NCBI GenBank assembly: GCA_027031765.1
Contig: JALVPN010000211.1
Location: forward strand, 1 to 30,173
DNA from: Promethearchaeota archaeon
GTDB lineage: Archaea > Asgardarchaeota > Thorarchaeia > Thorarchaeales > Thorarchaeaceae
Direction: 5' to 3'
Length of the DNA: 30,173 nt
Made by a program: the position numbers and the translations under genes. Each line of letters starts with the position of its first letter. Within the stretch, counting starts at the first letter, position 1. This document shows positions 8,401-17,825 of this stretch, piece after piece. The notes beneath the pieces were generated by a model. It had not been told where the DNA came from. It did not search any database and worked only from the letters and a program-made list of their open reading frames with translations.

Positions 8401-9180
8401 TCAGATACCACCGAACCAGACTTTCTTCTGGGCCTGCAGCAGGAGCTGTTCTGCTGCATGGATGTCGATACCAGTGGCGGCTGAGATGTCCTCAGGCTTT
8501 GCTGCAAGGAAGTCGGGCACCGTCTTGTAGCCAGCCTCTACGACTCGGCGTATGATTGGGTCCTGCAGACCGAGTTCGCGGAGCAGTGTGTGCAGCTCGT
8601 CCAGACGCTCCTGCACACGGGACGGGGGAGTGACGCTCGGAGGGGTCTCCGGCGGCCCGCTCACGGGGGGTGACACACTCGGAGTTGTTGTGGGTGGTAT
8701 GTAGGCCGGGACGTACTCACCATACGTGTCCACAAAGGCCGGACGGACGATGAACACACCCACCAACACCATTGCAGCTAGGAGTACAGGGACGGCAAGG
8801 CCCAGCACAGCAGCAGTGAGCGTGCCGTCTACTTGTCGGATTAGGACAATGGGGACGCGCCCCTCGGTGAGGAGGACTACCCACCGGGAACCCGCAATTT
8901 CTGTTGCGAGTGCCAGCCAGAACGGGGTGAACAACATCAGGCTGCCCGCCTCAAGGATTGTCAGTCGTCTTGCAAACTCCCACCTCAAACCGAAGGCAGC
9001 GATGGGCGGGAGGAGGATGACCACCATACTGATGATGGCCCACACAATGTGGACATTCCAGATGGCATCGAGAGTGTTCGCGTCTGTGACCCCATAGGTC
9101 ATGAGGGCGATGGCAGCACCACTGAGACACACTCCAGCAGACAACACTGCACCGAGAATCATTCCATAGCCGTATCTCAA
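8401..9180 (-). CDS. Polytopic membrane protein with Pro-rich linker and C-terminal RadA/Rad51-N-like helix-hairpin-helix domain
   Basis: About 4 hydrophobic segments, then YIPPTTTPSVSPPVSGPPETPPSVTPP, then VEAGYKTVPDFLAAKPEDISAATGIDIHAAEQLL. Confidence 0.8.
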   Translation of the reverse strand: MRYGYGMILGAVLSAGVCLSGAAIALMTYGVTDANTLDAIWNVHIVWAIISMVVILLPPIAAFGLRWEFARRLTILEAGSLMLFTPFWLALATEIAGSRWVVLLTEGRVPIVLIRQVDGTLTAAVLGLAVPVLLAAMVLVGVFIVRPAFVDTYGEYVPAYIPPTTTPSVSPPVSGPPETPPSVTPPSRVQERLDELHTLLRELGLQDPIIRRVVEAGYKTVPDFLAAKPEDISAATGIDIHAAEQLLLQAQKKVWFGGI

Positions 9181-9213
9181 GTCAATCCCTCAGCGAGGCG
9201 TCCTGACTTGAGA
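9175..9213 (-). promoter_or_regulatory. 10-bp perfect inverted repeat covering the TTG start of the membrane-HhH gene
   Basis: TCTCAAGTCA (9175-9184) / TGACTTGAGA (9204-9213), with inner CCTC-agc-GAGG hairpin. Confidence 0.45.
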
Positions 9214-9396
9214 AATGATGCTTCCGGCTCTTTTAGGTGTTTTGAGCGACCTGCATGTCAGGGCGCTGTCGCTTGCGACCGGCACCGGTCGGACAGCAGG
9301 TACAGGTACTGGCCCATGGCAACAGCCGGCAGGACCGTGGTGACAGAAGTCACAAGTCTTATTAGCTGCACCACAGGGCATGGCGCGAGAGGCAAG

Positions 9397-10482
9397 TTGA
9401 AACTCTTCTTCGTACTAGGCACACGCCCTGAGATCATCAAGATGGCACCTGTGGTTCACGAGTGTGAGGCGAGGGGGATTGAGCATTTCCTGCTCCACAC
9501 GGGCCAGCACCACTCAGAGTTCATGAGTGACACAATCTTCGAGGACATGGCCCTCCGTCGACCCGACAAGAACCTGCATGTGGGCTCAGGGACCCATGCT
9601 GAGCAGACCGCAAAGGCACTGCTGGGCATTGAACGCGAGCTCCTACGTGAGAGGCCGGATGTCATCCTGGTGGAGGGGGACACGAACGTGGTGCTCTCCG
9701 GTGCCATTGCAGCCGTGAAGCTCGGTGTACCGGTCGGACACATCGAGGCCGGACTGCGCAGCTATGACCTGAGGATGCCGGAAGAGCACAACAGGCGCCT
9801 TGCGGATCATGCCTCGAAGTACCTGTTCGCGCCGACTGAACGCGCTGCCAGCACACTGCATGGGGAGAACGTCTGGGGACAGGTCTACGTCACCGGGAAC
9901 ACGGTGATTGATGCCCTCGAGGAACGGATTGGCGCGGCCATGGACAGACCCGACATCGCAGCACAACTGGGTACGGAGGAGTACGCACTCCTGACAATGC
10001 ACCGTGCAGAGAACGTGGATGACAGGCGGATTCTTGAGGGGCTTGTCCGGGGCCTCCTCTCACTGGACGTCGACATAGTCTTCCCGGCACACCCGCGCAC
10101 GGTGAACCGCCTGCGAGAGTTCGGCCTGATGGACACTGTAGAACGCTATGAAAGAGTGCATGTGATAGAGCCGGTGGGCTACCTCGACATGCTCCGCCTG
10201 ATGAAGGGCTGCAAGTTCGTGCTCACAGACTCCGGGGGCATCCAGGAGGAGGTCACTGCCCCCAGCCTGAACAAGCGGGCCTTCGTACTGAGGACGTCGA
10301 CTGAGAGACCGGAGGCTGTAGAGTCAGGGCATGCCACTGTTGTGGGCGTCGACCCCACGGTCTTCCCGGACATGATCCGTGAGGCAGTTGACGAGGGACT
10401 TGACAGACCACGGCCATGCCCCTACGGCGACGGGCACGCAGCCAAACGGATTATCGACATACTGGAGCAGGGGCTCCACTAG
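9397..10482 (+). CDS. wecB: UDP-N-acetylglucosamine 2-epimerase (non-hydrolysing)
   Basis: TTG 9397 starts MKLFFVLGTRPEIIKMAPV; also HTGQH, EGDT, HIEAGLRS, MPEE, DSGGIQEE, PYGDGHAA. Confidence 0.95.
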   Translation: MKLFFVLGTRPEIIKMAPVVHECEARGIEHFLLHTGQHHSEFMSDTIFEDMALRRPDKNLHVGSGTHAEQTAKALLGIERELLRERPDVILVEGDTNVVLSGAIAAVKLGVPVGHIEAGLRSYDLRMPEEHNRRLADHASKYLFAPTERAASTLHGENVWGQVYVTGNTVIDALEERIGAAMDRPDIAAQLGTEEYALLTMHRAENVDDRRILEGLVRGLLSLDVDIVFPAHPRTVNRLREFGLMDTVERYERVHVIEPVGYLDMLRLMKGCKFVLTDSGGIQEEVTAPSLNKRAFVLRTSTERPEAVESGHATVVGVDPTVFPDMIREAVDEGLDRPRPCPYGDGHAAKRIIDILEQGLH

Positions 10483-10556
10483 AGAAGACGTATTAAGTGA
10501 TACAGTCCTGGTGGGGCAGTGGTGCTGGTCCATACATGTGACAGCAGGGGCAATGG

Positions 10557-11339
10557 ATGATGCCGCGGGTATGCCTGACCAACGATGATGGTTTCAACAG
10601 CCAAGGCCTCCAGGAGCTGGCACGGGCAATCAGGTCTGAGATGGAGGTCGTGATTGTCGTACCAGACGGGCAGCGCAGTGCTACAGGGAAGGGGCTCACG
10701 CTGAACCAGCCCATCCGGATTGCCGAGAGAGAGGTGCTCAGCGGCATCAGACTGGTCGTGCACACAGGGACACCTGCCGACTCGGTGATTATTGCAAAGT
10801 CGTTCTGCAACAACATTGACCTGATTGTCTCGGGGATAAACTCCGGTGCCAACCTTGGGTACCAGAGCATGTTCACCAGTGGCACTGTGGGTGCCGTGTT
10901 CGAGGCCGCATTTGTGGGGGTGCCAGCGCTGGCAGTCTCACAGGTGGTCAGACCTGAGGAGTGGTTTGCCCCCAGCGGGGTCGGGCGCGACTACACGAGG
11001 ATTTGCGAGATGTGCATGGACGTAATACGCCGAGTCCTCAAGAGGGGGCTCCCGGAGGGTGTCGACGCGCTGAACCTGAACTTTCCGGGCAGGGTCACTG
11101 AGAAGAGCAGGATTGTGGTCACAAGACCGACGCGCGTCCGCATGGCAAACGACCTTGAGAGACGTGTTGACCCCAATGGCAGTGCATACTACTGGATCCG
11201 GGGGTACCAGGTGGAGTCGGGGCCAGGGACAGATGCCTACGAGGTGTTCGAGAACGGGAACGTGTCGCTCTCGCCAATTGTCATAGAGAGCGTGGGTGAT
11301 AGGGAACTGGCCGCTGTGCGCGAGTTCATGGGCGACTGA
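10557..11339 (+). CDS. surE: 5'/3'-nucleotidase SurE
   Basis: LTNDDG, QRSATG, GTPADSV, SGINSGANLG, SGTVGA, DPNGSAYYW. Confidence 0.95.
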   Translation: MMPRVCLTNDDGFNSQGLQELARAIRSEMEVVIVVPDGQRSATGKGLTLNQPIRIAEREVLSGIRLVVHTGTPADSVIIAKSFCNNIDLIVSGINSGANLGYQSMFTSGTVGAVFEAAFVGVPALAVSQVVRPEEWFAPSGVGRDYTRICEMCMDVIRRVLKRGLPEGVDALNLNFPGRVTEKSRIVVTRPTRVRMANDLERRVDPNGSAYYWIRGYQVESGPGTDAYEVFENGNVSLSPIVIESVGDRELAAVREFMGD

Positions 11340-12345
11340 GCATCTCAAGGGCCGCCCAGAGAGCATCGGTCTCGGGCCGTGGCAGTGGCCGCTCACCGTG
11401 GTCATCCACAACTCGGCGGGTGCCCGGGTCGCTGACCGTCCGGCCAATTATGGTTGCCCGTACCCCCGCAGCCCCGATGCTGGAGACGACCCTGTCCGCG
11501 TGGCCGGCGTCGCAGGTCAGGAGCATGCAGCCGCTGCTGATGAGTTGCATGGGGTCAATCCCGAGGACGGAGCATATCGCGCGCGTCGCAGAGTGGACCG
11601 GGATGCTACGTGCATCCACCATGCAGCCGACAGAACTGGCATCGCAGAGCTCGTGCAGTGCGCCGGCCAGACCGCCCTCGGTCGGGTCGTGCATTGCCGT
11701 GACGTGCCCGGTCTTGAAGGCGACAACACCCTCTTTCACCACGCTGATCAGTCCGCGCATCGCTGTTGCCTGGGAGAGGACATCCTCATGGATGTGTGCC
11801 TGCAGGTAGTCCCACCCCTCTGTTGCAAGGATGGCAGTGCCCTCGATTGCAACCGTCTTGGTCATGACTATGGCGTCACCCGGCCGGGCACCGGCTGATG
11901 TGACATACTCGCCGGACTCGCTGAAGCCGAGCATGAACCCTGCCACGACCGGCTGACCCGTGCGGTCGGTCACCTCGGTATGACCCCCCACGACCGAAAC
12001 GCCGAGAGAGGCGGCTGCACTGTCAATCTGTCCCATTATGCGCTTCAGCTCGTCAGGGGTGGCACCACGTGGCAGCAGTATGGAGGAGAGGAACCATCTC
12101 GGCGGAATGCCGAATGTAGCAATGTCGTTCGCGTTCACATGCACAGCGAGGTAGCCAACGTCCTCAACGGAGCCTGTAATGGGGTCGGAAGCCGCAATCA
12201 GGACGCCCGTGCCAATACGGATGACAGCAGCGTCCTGTCCCAGGCCGGGGCCCAAGACGACATCCGGGTCCTCACGACCGAGGTTGGTGAAGACAATGCG
12301 TTCCAGGAGTCCGGGCGGCACCTTACCGGGGAGCAATGTGGGCAC
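11326..12345 (-). CDS. AIR synthase-related protein (PurM/HypE/ThiL-like family)
   Basis: GKVPP, GPGLGQDAAVI, SDPITG, VNANDIA, GGHTEVT, MHDPTEGGL, ISSG. GTG 12345 preferred to 12420. Confidence 0.9.
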   Translation of the reverse strand: MPTLLPGKVPPGLLERIVFTNLGREDPDVVLGPGLGQDAAVIRIGTGVLIAASDPITGSVEDVGYLAVHVNANDIATFGIPPRWFLSSILLPRGATPDELKRIMGQIDSAAASLGVSVVGGHTEVTDRTGQPVVAGFMLGFSESGEYVTSAGARPGDAIVMTKTVAIEGTAILATEGWDYLQAHIHEDVLSQATAMRGLISVVKEGVVAFKTGHVTAMHDPTEGGLAGALHELCDASSVGCMVDARSIPVHSATRAICSVLGIDPMQLISSGCMLLTCDAGHADRVVSSIGAAGVRATIIGRTVSDPGTRRVVDDHGERPLPRPETDALWAALEMLSRP

Positions 12346-12584
12346 CTCGACACCGTGCTGTGCGCAGGGGCCTGTTGCTGGTGCATGAAAAGTGGTATCA
12401 TCGACACCCAGACTGGGCACTCCTCACTCACTATGACACCAGACTCGCGGCCCCGTGCGCTGGTGGACGGGTGTGGACTGTACTAATAAATCAGACCCAA
12501 TGGGCCGGACTGTGGTCACACCATGCGACCTGTGGTGGGCCCGCGTGCAGCGCCGCAAGGACGGACAGACAGACATCACAGCAC

Positions 12585-14063
12585 TCAGTGTGAGAGGTAT
12601 GCCTCGGCCTCATGGAGGTCGTCCATGGAGAGGCGAGAGCGGGTCTGGCAGCCGGCCAGGAAGAGGCCGATTGCGGAGCGTGCGGCCATGACCTCTCTGT
12701 AGAGGTAGCAGCGGCCACCGCCGGCCCTTGCAACGAGGAACGCCCCGAATGTCTTCCTGAGGGCCGGCACTGCGAGTACCGCCTCAATGGGGTCGGCAAG
12801 GCCGTCCCTGCGGGCGCGGAGTGTTGTGGCCAGCTCCAGGGCCTCATAGTATGGCCTGTGGAGCAACGTGCACCAGTGCCGTTCGTGGGGGTTGACATTC
12901 ACCGCTGCAATGCGCACCTTCGACCTCCGGAGGAGGCGCGCCGCTTTTACCAGGTCCTTGACGGGCGTATACTGCTCGTGTCCGGGGCCGACAGACTGTG
13001 CCAGGGGGATGTTAGGTGCAAAGTCGGAGATCAGGACCACCAGGGGCTGGACATCACGGCTACGCATCCTCTCCCGTCGGACAACCTCAAGGGCTTTCAT
13101 GAGCGCCTCGGCAAGGGGTGTCAGTCCTGAGACCCGCAGGCGGGCAAGTGCGCGGTAGACCTTGTTCCAGTTGGTAGTAGGCGCCTGTACCTCGACTGCG
13201 CCACTGTCCTTGAAAGCGATGATACCGACGCGGTCCTTTGAGCCACGGGTCTCCCGTTCTATGCGCCCAATGACGTCCCGCACCTCCCTCATGCAGCCCT
13301 TCATGGACATGCTGACATCAACGACCATGAGCACAGTGAGTGGGACGCGACCAGTGAACACCGACTCGCGGATGTCCTCACGTCTTATGGTGAGGTGGCC
13401 GGTCTCAGAGGGGCGCTCTCCACGGGCAATGGCTGCCACGACCGTTGATGGCAGGTGGATGCTGTGGACTTCCGGCCCCGGAATCCTCCAGCGCGTTGGC
13501 CGGCCGTGTTCTTCAGACTCCGACGACTTCAACGAGCCCATGGCACGGGAGCTCACACTCTTGTGTACCCAGCCACCAGAGCTCACTGTTGAGCGGATCA
13601 TTGCCCGCGTCATGAGGTCACGCGGGTCGAAGAGCACCTCGCCAGTGTCGAGGTCGGGGAGCTTCACATAGAACGAGGAGTCGAGGTCGGGTGTGTCCCT
13701 GATGTCAGACTTTGGGCCCATGATACGAGAGGGGGGCCCACCGTCGTACGGGCGTGTCGCGGTGCCCCACTCGTCCCCCGGCTCCGGCGCCGCACGGCCA
13801 CGTTCGACCACATCAATGCCGGCTGCAGGGCCGCTCTTCCGCTTGACCATTGTCCGGAGCCACTTACGGATGAGTACGTACATGATGGGGATGAAGACTA
13901 TCGTGTCCACAATGATTGCCGGCACGCTCGGGACGCCAGCAATCGCCGAGCCGAGGAAAAAGTTGAGTGGGCTCCACATCAACCATGCAAGGTATGACAG
14001 TGTTACCACGGCCATGATGGTACATATGGTGCCCTTGACCGGGTCACCCTGGGGGTTCCTCAC
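12585..14063 (-). CDS. ChlD/CobT-like vWA-domain protein with N-terminal transmembrane hairpin; probable -1-frame continuation of the upstream AAA gene
   Basis: GRPTRWR...[10 protein letters not shown]...IRREDIRE ChlD-type pre-vWA segment. [13 protein letters not shown] (13305-13319), [13 protein letters not shown]. Hydrophobic residues about 12-30 and 47-65. Confidence 0.85.
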   Translation of the reverse strand: MRNPQGDPVKGTICTIMAVVTLSYLAWLMWSPLNFFLGSAIAGVPSVPAIIVDTIVFIPIMYVLIRKWLRTMVKRKSGPAAGIDVVERGRAAPEPGDEWGTATRPYDGGPPSRIMGPKSDIRDTPDLDSSFYVKLPDLDTGEVLFDPRDLMTRAMIRSTVSSGGWVHKSVSSRAMGSLKSSESEEHGRPTRWRIPGPEVHSIHLPSTVVAAIARGERPSETGHLTIRREDIRESVFTGRVPLTVLMVVDVSMSMKGCMREVRDVIGRIERETRGSKDRVGIIAFKDSGAVEVQAPTTNWNKVYRALARLRVSGLTPLAEALMKALEVVRRERMRSRDVQPLVVLISDFAPNIPLAQSVGPGHEQYTPVKDLVKAARLLRRSKVRIAAVNVNPHERHWCTLLHRPYYEALELATTLRARRDGLADPIEAVLAVPALRKTFGAFLVARAGGGRCYLYREVMAARSAIGLFLAGCQTRSRLSMDDLHEAEAYLSH

Positions 14064-14083
14064 CCCCTCGGTGCTTTTTTTTT
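14045..14083 (-). promoter_or_regulatory. Candidate -1 programmed frameshift/slippage signal (A9 run + hairpin)
   Basis: Minus strand reads GGT AAA AAA AAA GCACCGA GGGGGT-GAGGA-ACCCCC AG GGTG. A9 is at 14075-14083, core 6-bp stem at 14051-14067, extended CACC/GGTG pairing. Confidence 0.75.
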
Positions 14084-15250
14084 ACCATCAGCCATGTCGG
14101 TCTCGACAACACGGCTCTGACGGCCGAACCTCCCACCGCTGAGCCGGGGGCCTGTGATGTCAGAGGACTCCGATGGCGACTCGGTCGGCGACTTGCGACG
14201 GTCTCGCTTCTCACTTATCGAGACAGCCTTGGTGATGGCCTCTTGGATCTCCTGTGGGGACGGGGGCTCGAGGAGCCCACCGCGTCGTGTCCGGTGACTC
14301 AGCGCCAGTCTGGCACCCAGTTGCATGTCCTCAAGTGTGACCTCGGTCCGTCCTGAGAAGGCTGAATGGGTCATGGCGACCTTGCTGATAACGATGTCAG
14401 GTCGTACGCCATCGACCTCAAGTGCGTCGCATGCCATCGCTATGGCACGCAGGCGGCTCCGTGACAGGACCACCTCTGGGAGCAGCTCACGTGCACGGAC
14501 AATCCGCTCCCGCAACTCCGTCTGTGCCGCTGCCCACTCCTCACGGAACATCTCCGGGTCGTCCTCGAATGCGAGGTTCCTGCGTACGAGCTCCATCCTC
14601 TGTTCCACGGTCAGGTGACGCCCCACTGCGACGTGCGTGGGGAACCGGTCCAGTAGTTGCGGGCGTAGCTCGCCCTCTTCCGGGTTCATCGTCCCTATCA
14701 ACACAAAGTCCGAGGGGTGGGCAACAGAGATACCCTCCCGCTCGACCACGTTCACCTTTGTGGCCGCTGCGTCGAGCAGGTCATCCACGAGGTGGTCAGG
14801 GAGGAGGTTGACCTCGTCGACGTAGAGGACGTTCTGGTTGGCCTCGGCCAAGATCCCGGGCTTCAGGGCCTGGATGCCCTCTTGCAGGACGCGTTCGATG
14901 TCCAGAGAACCGATGAGCCTGTCCTCGGTCGCCGACAGTGGGAGGTTGACCACCCGCATCTTGCGTCTCTTCACAGGCAGGGTCTCGCCACGTTCGATGC
15001 GCCGACGGCAGTCCTCACAGAGCAGACGTCCTGACGGGGCACAGCCGAACCTGCACCCCTCGACTGTCTCGACTTCAGGGAGGAGGTCTGCAAGCGCCCT
15101 CACGAGGGTGGTCTTTCCTGTGCCCTTTGGGCCGGAGATGAGGACCCCACCGATACGTGGGTTCACGCCGTTCAGGAGGAGAGCGAGCTTCAGCTCGTCA
15201 AGGCCGACAATAGCAGCAAATGGGAGGACTGGTCGCTGGAGTTCGGTCAA
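14060..15250 (-). CDS. ChlI/BchI-type AAA+ ATPase (Mg/Co chelatase I-like)
   Basis: PFAAIVG, Walker A GPKGTGKT, Walker [42 protein letters not shown]. Confidence 0.92.
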   Translation of the reverse strand: MTELQRPVLPFAAIVGLDELKLALLLNGVNPRIGGVLISGPKGTGKTTLVRALADLLPEVETVEGCRFGCAPSGRLLCEDCRRRIERGETLPVKRRKMRVVNLPLSATEDRLIGSLDIERVLQEGIQALKPGILAEANQNVLYVDEVNLLPDHLVDDLLDAAATKVNVVEREGISVAHPSDFVLIGTMNPEEGELRPQLLDRFPTHVAVGRHLTVEQRMELVRRNLAFEDDPEMFREEWAAAQTELRERIVRARELLPEVVLSRSRLRAIAMACDALEVDGVRPDIVISKVAMTHSAFSGRTEVTLEDMQLGARLALSHRTRRGGLLEPPSPQEIQEAITKAVSISEKRDRRKSPTESPSESSDITGPRLSGGRFGRQSRVVETDMADGKKKAPRG

Positions 15251-15322
15251 TATCTATCAGCTCGCATGCTGCACTGGCCTAGTTGGAACATCTCATAAAG
15301 GTGATGGTCCGCGTGATGGGTC

Positions 15323-16486
15323 ATGTCAGAGATGAACTCCGGTCTGTCACACATCCAGTGCCCACAGTGTGGAAAGGAGCACTCCCCCGACAGTGTAGTG
15401 ACGTACTGCCAGTGCGGCTCACCCCTGTTTGCAGTGTACGACACCGGACGTGTTGCTGAGCTGTTCAGCAGGGGCGAGTTCCCCACCCACAAGAGGTCGA
15501 TGTGGAGATATGGTGCCCTGTTGCCTGTACGGTCACCACAGTATGTTGTGAGCCTTGGGGAGGGGTGGACACCACTGCTGAGGATGGAGCGGCTCGGCAG
15601 ACACATAGGACTGCAGGGGCTCCGGGTCAAGGACGAGGGTAGGAACCCGACCGCAAGTTTCAAGGACAGAGGGATGTCGGCCTCGGTGTCGAAGCACCTT
15701 GAGCTGGGGAGGGAACACTTCGTGCTGCCATCAGCCGGCAACGCAGCGGTATCCCTCAGCGCGTACTGTGCATACGCTGGCGTGCATGCTACTGTCTTCA
15801 TGCCAGAGGACACACCCAGTCCATTTGTTTCCGAGTGCAAGATGTATGGCGCCGAAGTCGTGCTTGTGACGGGCACCATTTCCAACTGTGGCGCCCAGTT
15901 GCGCCGCCAGGCCAGGGAAGGGTGGACACCACTCTCGACCACCAAAGAGCCCTACCGTGTGGAGGGGAAGAAGACCATCATCTTTGAGATTGCCGAACAG
16001 CTCGGCTGGAGGCTGCCAGCTGCGGTCGTCTGCCCCACCGGAGGAGGCACTGCCATCGTAGCTGCTCACAAGGCACTCCAAGAGCTCAGGGCCATTGGGG
16101 CCGTCGAGGACCCCGGCACAAGGCTCTATGCGGTGCAGACGGAGGCGTGCTCCCCGATAGTTGAGGCCTACAACAATGGGACTGACGACGTTGCAGCGTG
16201 CCACAGACCAGGGCTGACAACCGCCTACGGGCTCAGAGTCCCACAGCCCTTTGCTGGGAGGCTGATACTCCGGGCACTGAGGGACACAGGTGGTAGGGCC
16301 GTGGCGGTCCCAGAGAGGGACATAGAGGAGATGAGGAGTGCAGTGGGGAGGCTCGGGGGACTGAACATATGTCCGGAGAGTGCTGCTGGCCTCACTGGAC
16401 TACGGGCACTGGTGGAAGCAGGGGACATAGACCCCAGCGAGGAGGTCGTTGTCCTGAACACTGCATCTGCTGCACGCTATCTGTGA
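15323..16486 (+). CDS. thrC: Threonine synthase-like PLP enzyme (fold type II)
   Basis: N-terminal CPQC...CQC, SLGEGWTPL, KDEGRNPTASFKDRG (PLP Lys), SAGNAA, EGKKT, PTGGG. Confidence 0.88.
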   Translation: MSEMNSGLSHIQCPQCGKEHSPDSVVTYCQCGSPLFAVYDTGRVAELFSRGEFPTHKRSMWRYGALLPVRSPQYVVSLGEGWTPLLRMERLGRHIGLQGLRVKDEGRNPTASFKDRGMSASVSKHLELGREHFVLPSAGNAAVSLSAYCAYAGVHATVFMPEDTPSPFVSECKMYGAEVVLVTGTISNCGAQLRRQAREGWTPLSTTKEPYRVEGKKTIIFEIAEQLGWRLPAAVVCPTGGGTAIVAAHKALQELRAIGAVEDPGTRLYAVQTEACSPIVEAYNNGTDDVAACHRPGLTTAYGLRVPQPFAGRLILRALRDTGGRAVAVPERDIEEMRSAVGRLGGLNICPESAAGLTGLRALVEAGDIDPSEEVVVLNTASAARYL

Positions 16487-16670
16487 CCGCCAGAGGACGC
16501 CGTGACCAGACAAGGATGGACATGTCCACCCTGCAGTATGCATGCAGGAGGTCATGGCATCAGCTGCTGACGGTGGACATGGTACGGCAGGTCTATTAGG
16601 GGGCAACCCGTCACTCGTAACGCCTCACGCATACTGATGATGGTAGCCTAGCAGGAGAGTCCAATGGGAC

Positions 16671-17825
16671 ATGGATGAAACTGGGAGTGATACGGCGCAT
16701 CACTACCGGGGCTTCAAGGAGTCGCTCCATTGCGGTAGGGCAGAGGGAGCGGTCATTGTTGTGCTCATCGTATTGTACCTCTGTGCAAGGGTGATGGGGA
16801 CAGTCCCGCTGTGGACGGTGGTCCTCGGACTGGTGTGTGGGACGTGGCTGGCGTTCAGGCCGTCCGAGTGGGCCGTGGAGGGTATCGAGAGCATTGCGGG
16901 CCACATGCGGGCCACAGCCTACGTGGCGGGAATGCTCTCAAGCCTCGCGAGTAACATGCCGGAGGCTGTTGTCAGTGGTATTGCTGCGTACTCCGGGTTT
17001 GTGCAACACGACCAGGACCTACTTGACATTGCTGTGCTCTCAGTGCTGGTCGCTGCCGGGTTCAACATGCTCCTCCTCGGGCTCACCATTGTGCTCTCCA
17101 CCCACGGGAAGGAAGACATGACGGTTCCCAGTGAGGCAATCAAGAAGGACACCGTGCTGATCCGGTGGACGATAGTCGCGCTAGCCTCAATGTTTGCACT
17201 TGGAGTCGTTGACGTCCTGTTCACGACTGGACCAGTAGAGCTCGTGCTCCCCCCTGCAGCAGCCTTCCTGCTATTCATATCGTACCTGGTGTATGCCGGT
17301 GCACTGGTGTCGGGCCGCAGTGACGAGGCTACCGGGACTGCTGTGCCGCACCACTCACGCAGGACCGCTGCAGCGCTGACAATAACCGGGTTCGTGGCCA
17401 TCTTCTTTGCAGGTGAAGTCCTGACCTCGTCTGTGGAGGGGCTCCTCGAACACTATGGTGGGGCCCTGAGCGGGATTGCAGACCCGGTCACGGTGGCAGC
17501 GCTAGTCCTGGGAGCTGCCGGTGCAGTGCCTGAACATGCGATTGCACTCGTGGCGGCGGCGCGCGGGAAGATTGGCATTGCAGTGGGCAACCTCATTGGC
17601 GGAGTCCTACAGATAGTGTTGCTCGTGATGGGCGGGATAGGGGTGTTCGTACCAATCCCGCTAGACCGCTATGTGCTCTTCCAAATCGTAGTGATTGCTG
17701 GTAGCCTCTGGTTCCTGAAACGGGCAATCACAGACGACCACCAGCTCGATGTCTTCGAGGGGGCTATGATCATGCTCCTCCAGATGTATGTGTTCGTGCT
17801 CCTCCTGTTCGGTACTCCGGTATGA
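16671..17825 (+). CDS. Ca2+/cation antiporter (CaCA family)
   Basis: Many TM segments and two alpha-repeat-like motifs, SSLASNMPEAVVS and GAAGAVPEHAIA...GNLIGG. Confidence 0.85.
   Translation: MDETGSDTAHHYRGFKESLHCGRAEGAVIVVLIVLYLCARVMGTVPLWTVVLGLVCGTWLAFRPSEWAVEGIESIAGHMRATAYVAGMLSSLASNMPEAVVSGIAAYSGFVQHDQDLLDIAVLSVLVAAGFNMLLLGLTIVLSTHGKEDMTVPSEAIKKDTVLIRWTIVALASMFALGVVDVLFTTGPVELVLPPAAAFLLFISYLVYAGALVSGRSDEATGTAVPHHSRRTAAALTITGFVAIFFAGEVLTSSVEGLLEHYGGALSGIADPVTVAALVLGAAGAVPEHAIALVAAARGKIGIAVGNLIGGVLQIVLLVMGGIGVFVPIPLDRYVLFQIVVIAGSLWFLKRAITDDHQLDVFEGAMIMLLQMYVFVLLLFGTPV

Noticed and set aside
9049-9396. 116-codon N-terminal extension of wecB in the ORF track
   Set aside because: Overlaps the divergent gene. 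The family N-terminus (MKL..V.GTRPE) begins at TTG 9397.
16590-16660. Fluoride- or yybP-type riboswitch, or C/D box sRNA, before the CaCA gene (CTGATGA motif)
   Set aside because: The required 5' consensus (GGnGAUGG..UUC.CC or GGGGAGUA) and a downstream D box are absent.
17770-17825. 56-nt convergent overlap of the CaCA and serB-like genes
   Set aside because: Short 3' overlaps are common in compact archaeal genomes. The serB tail in the overlap is low-information.
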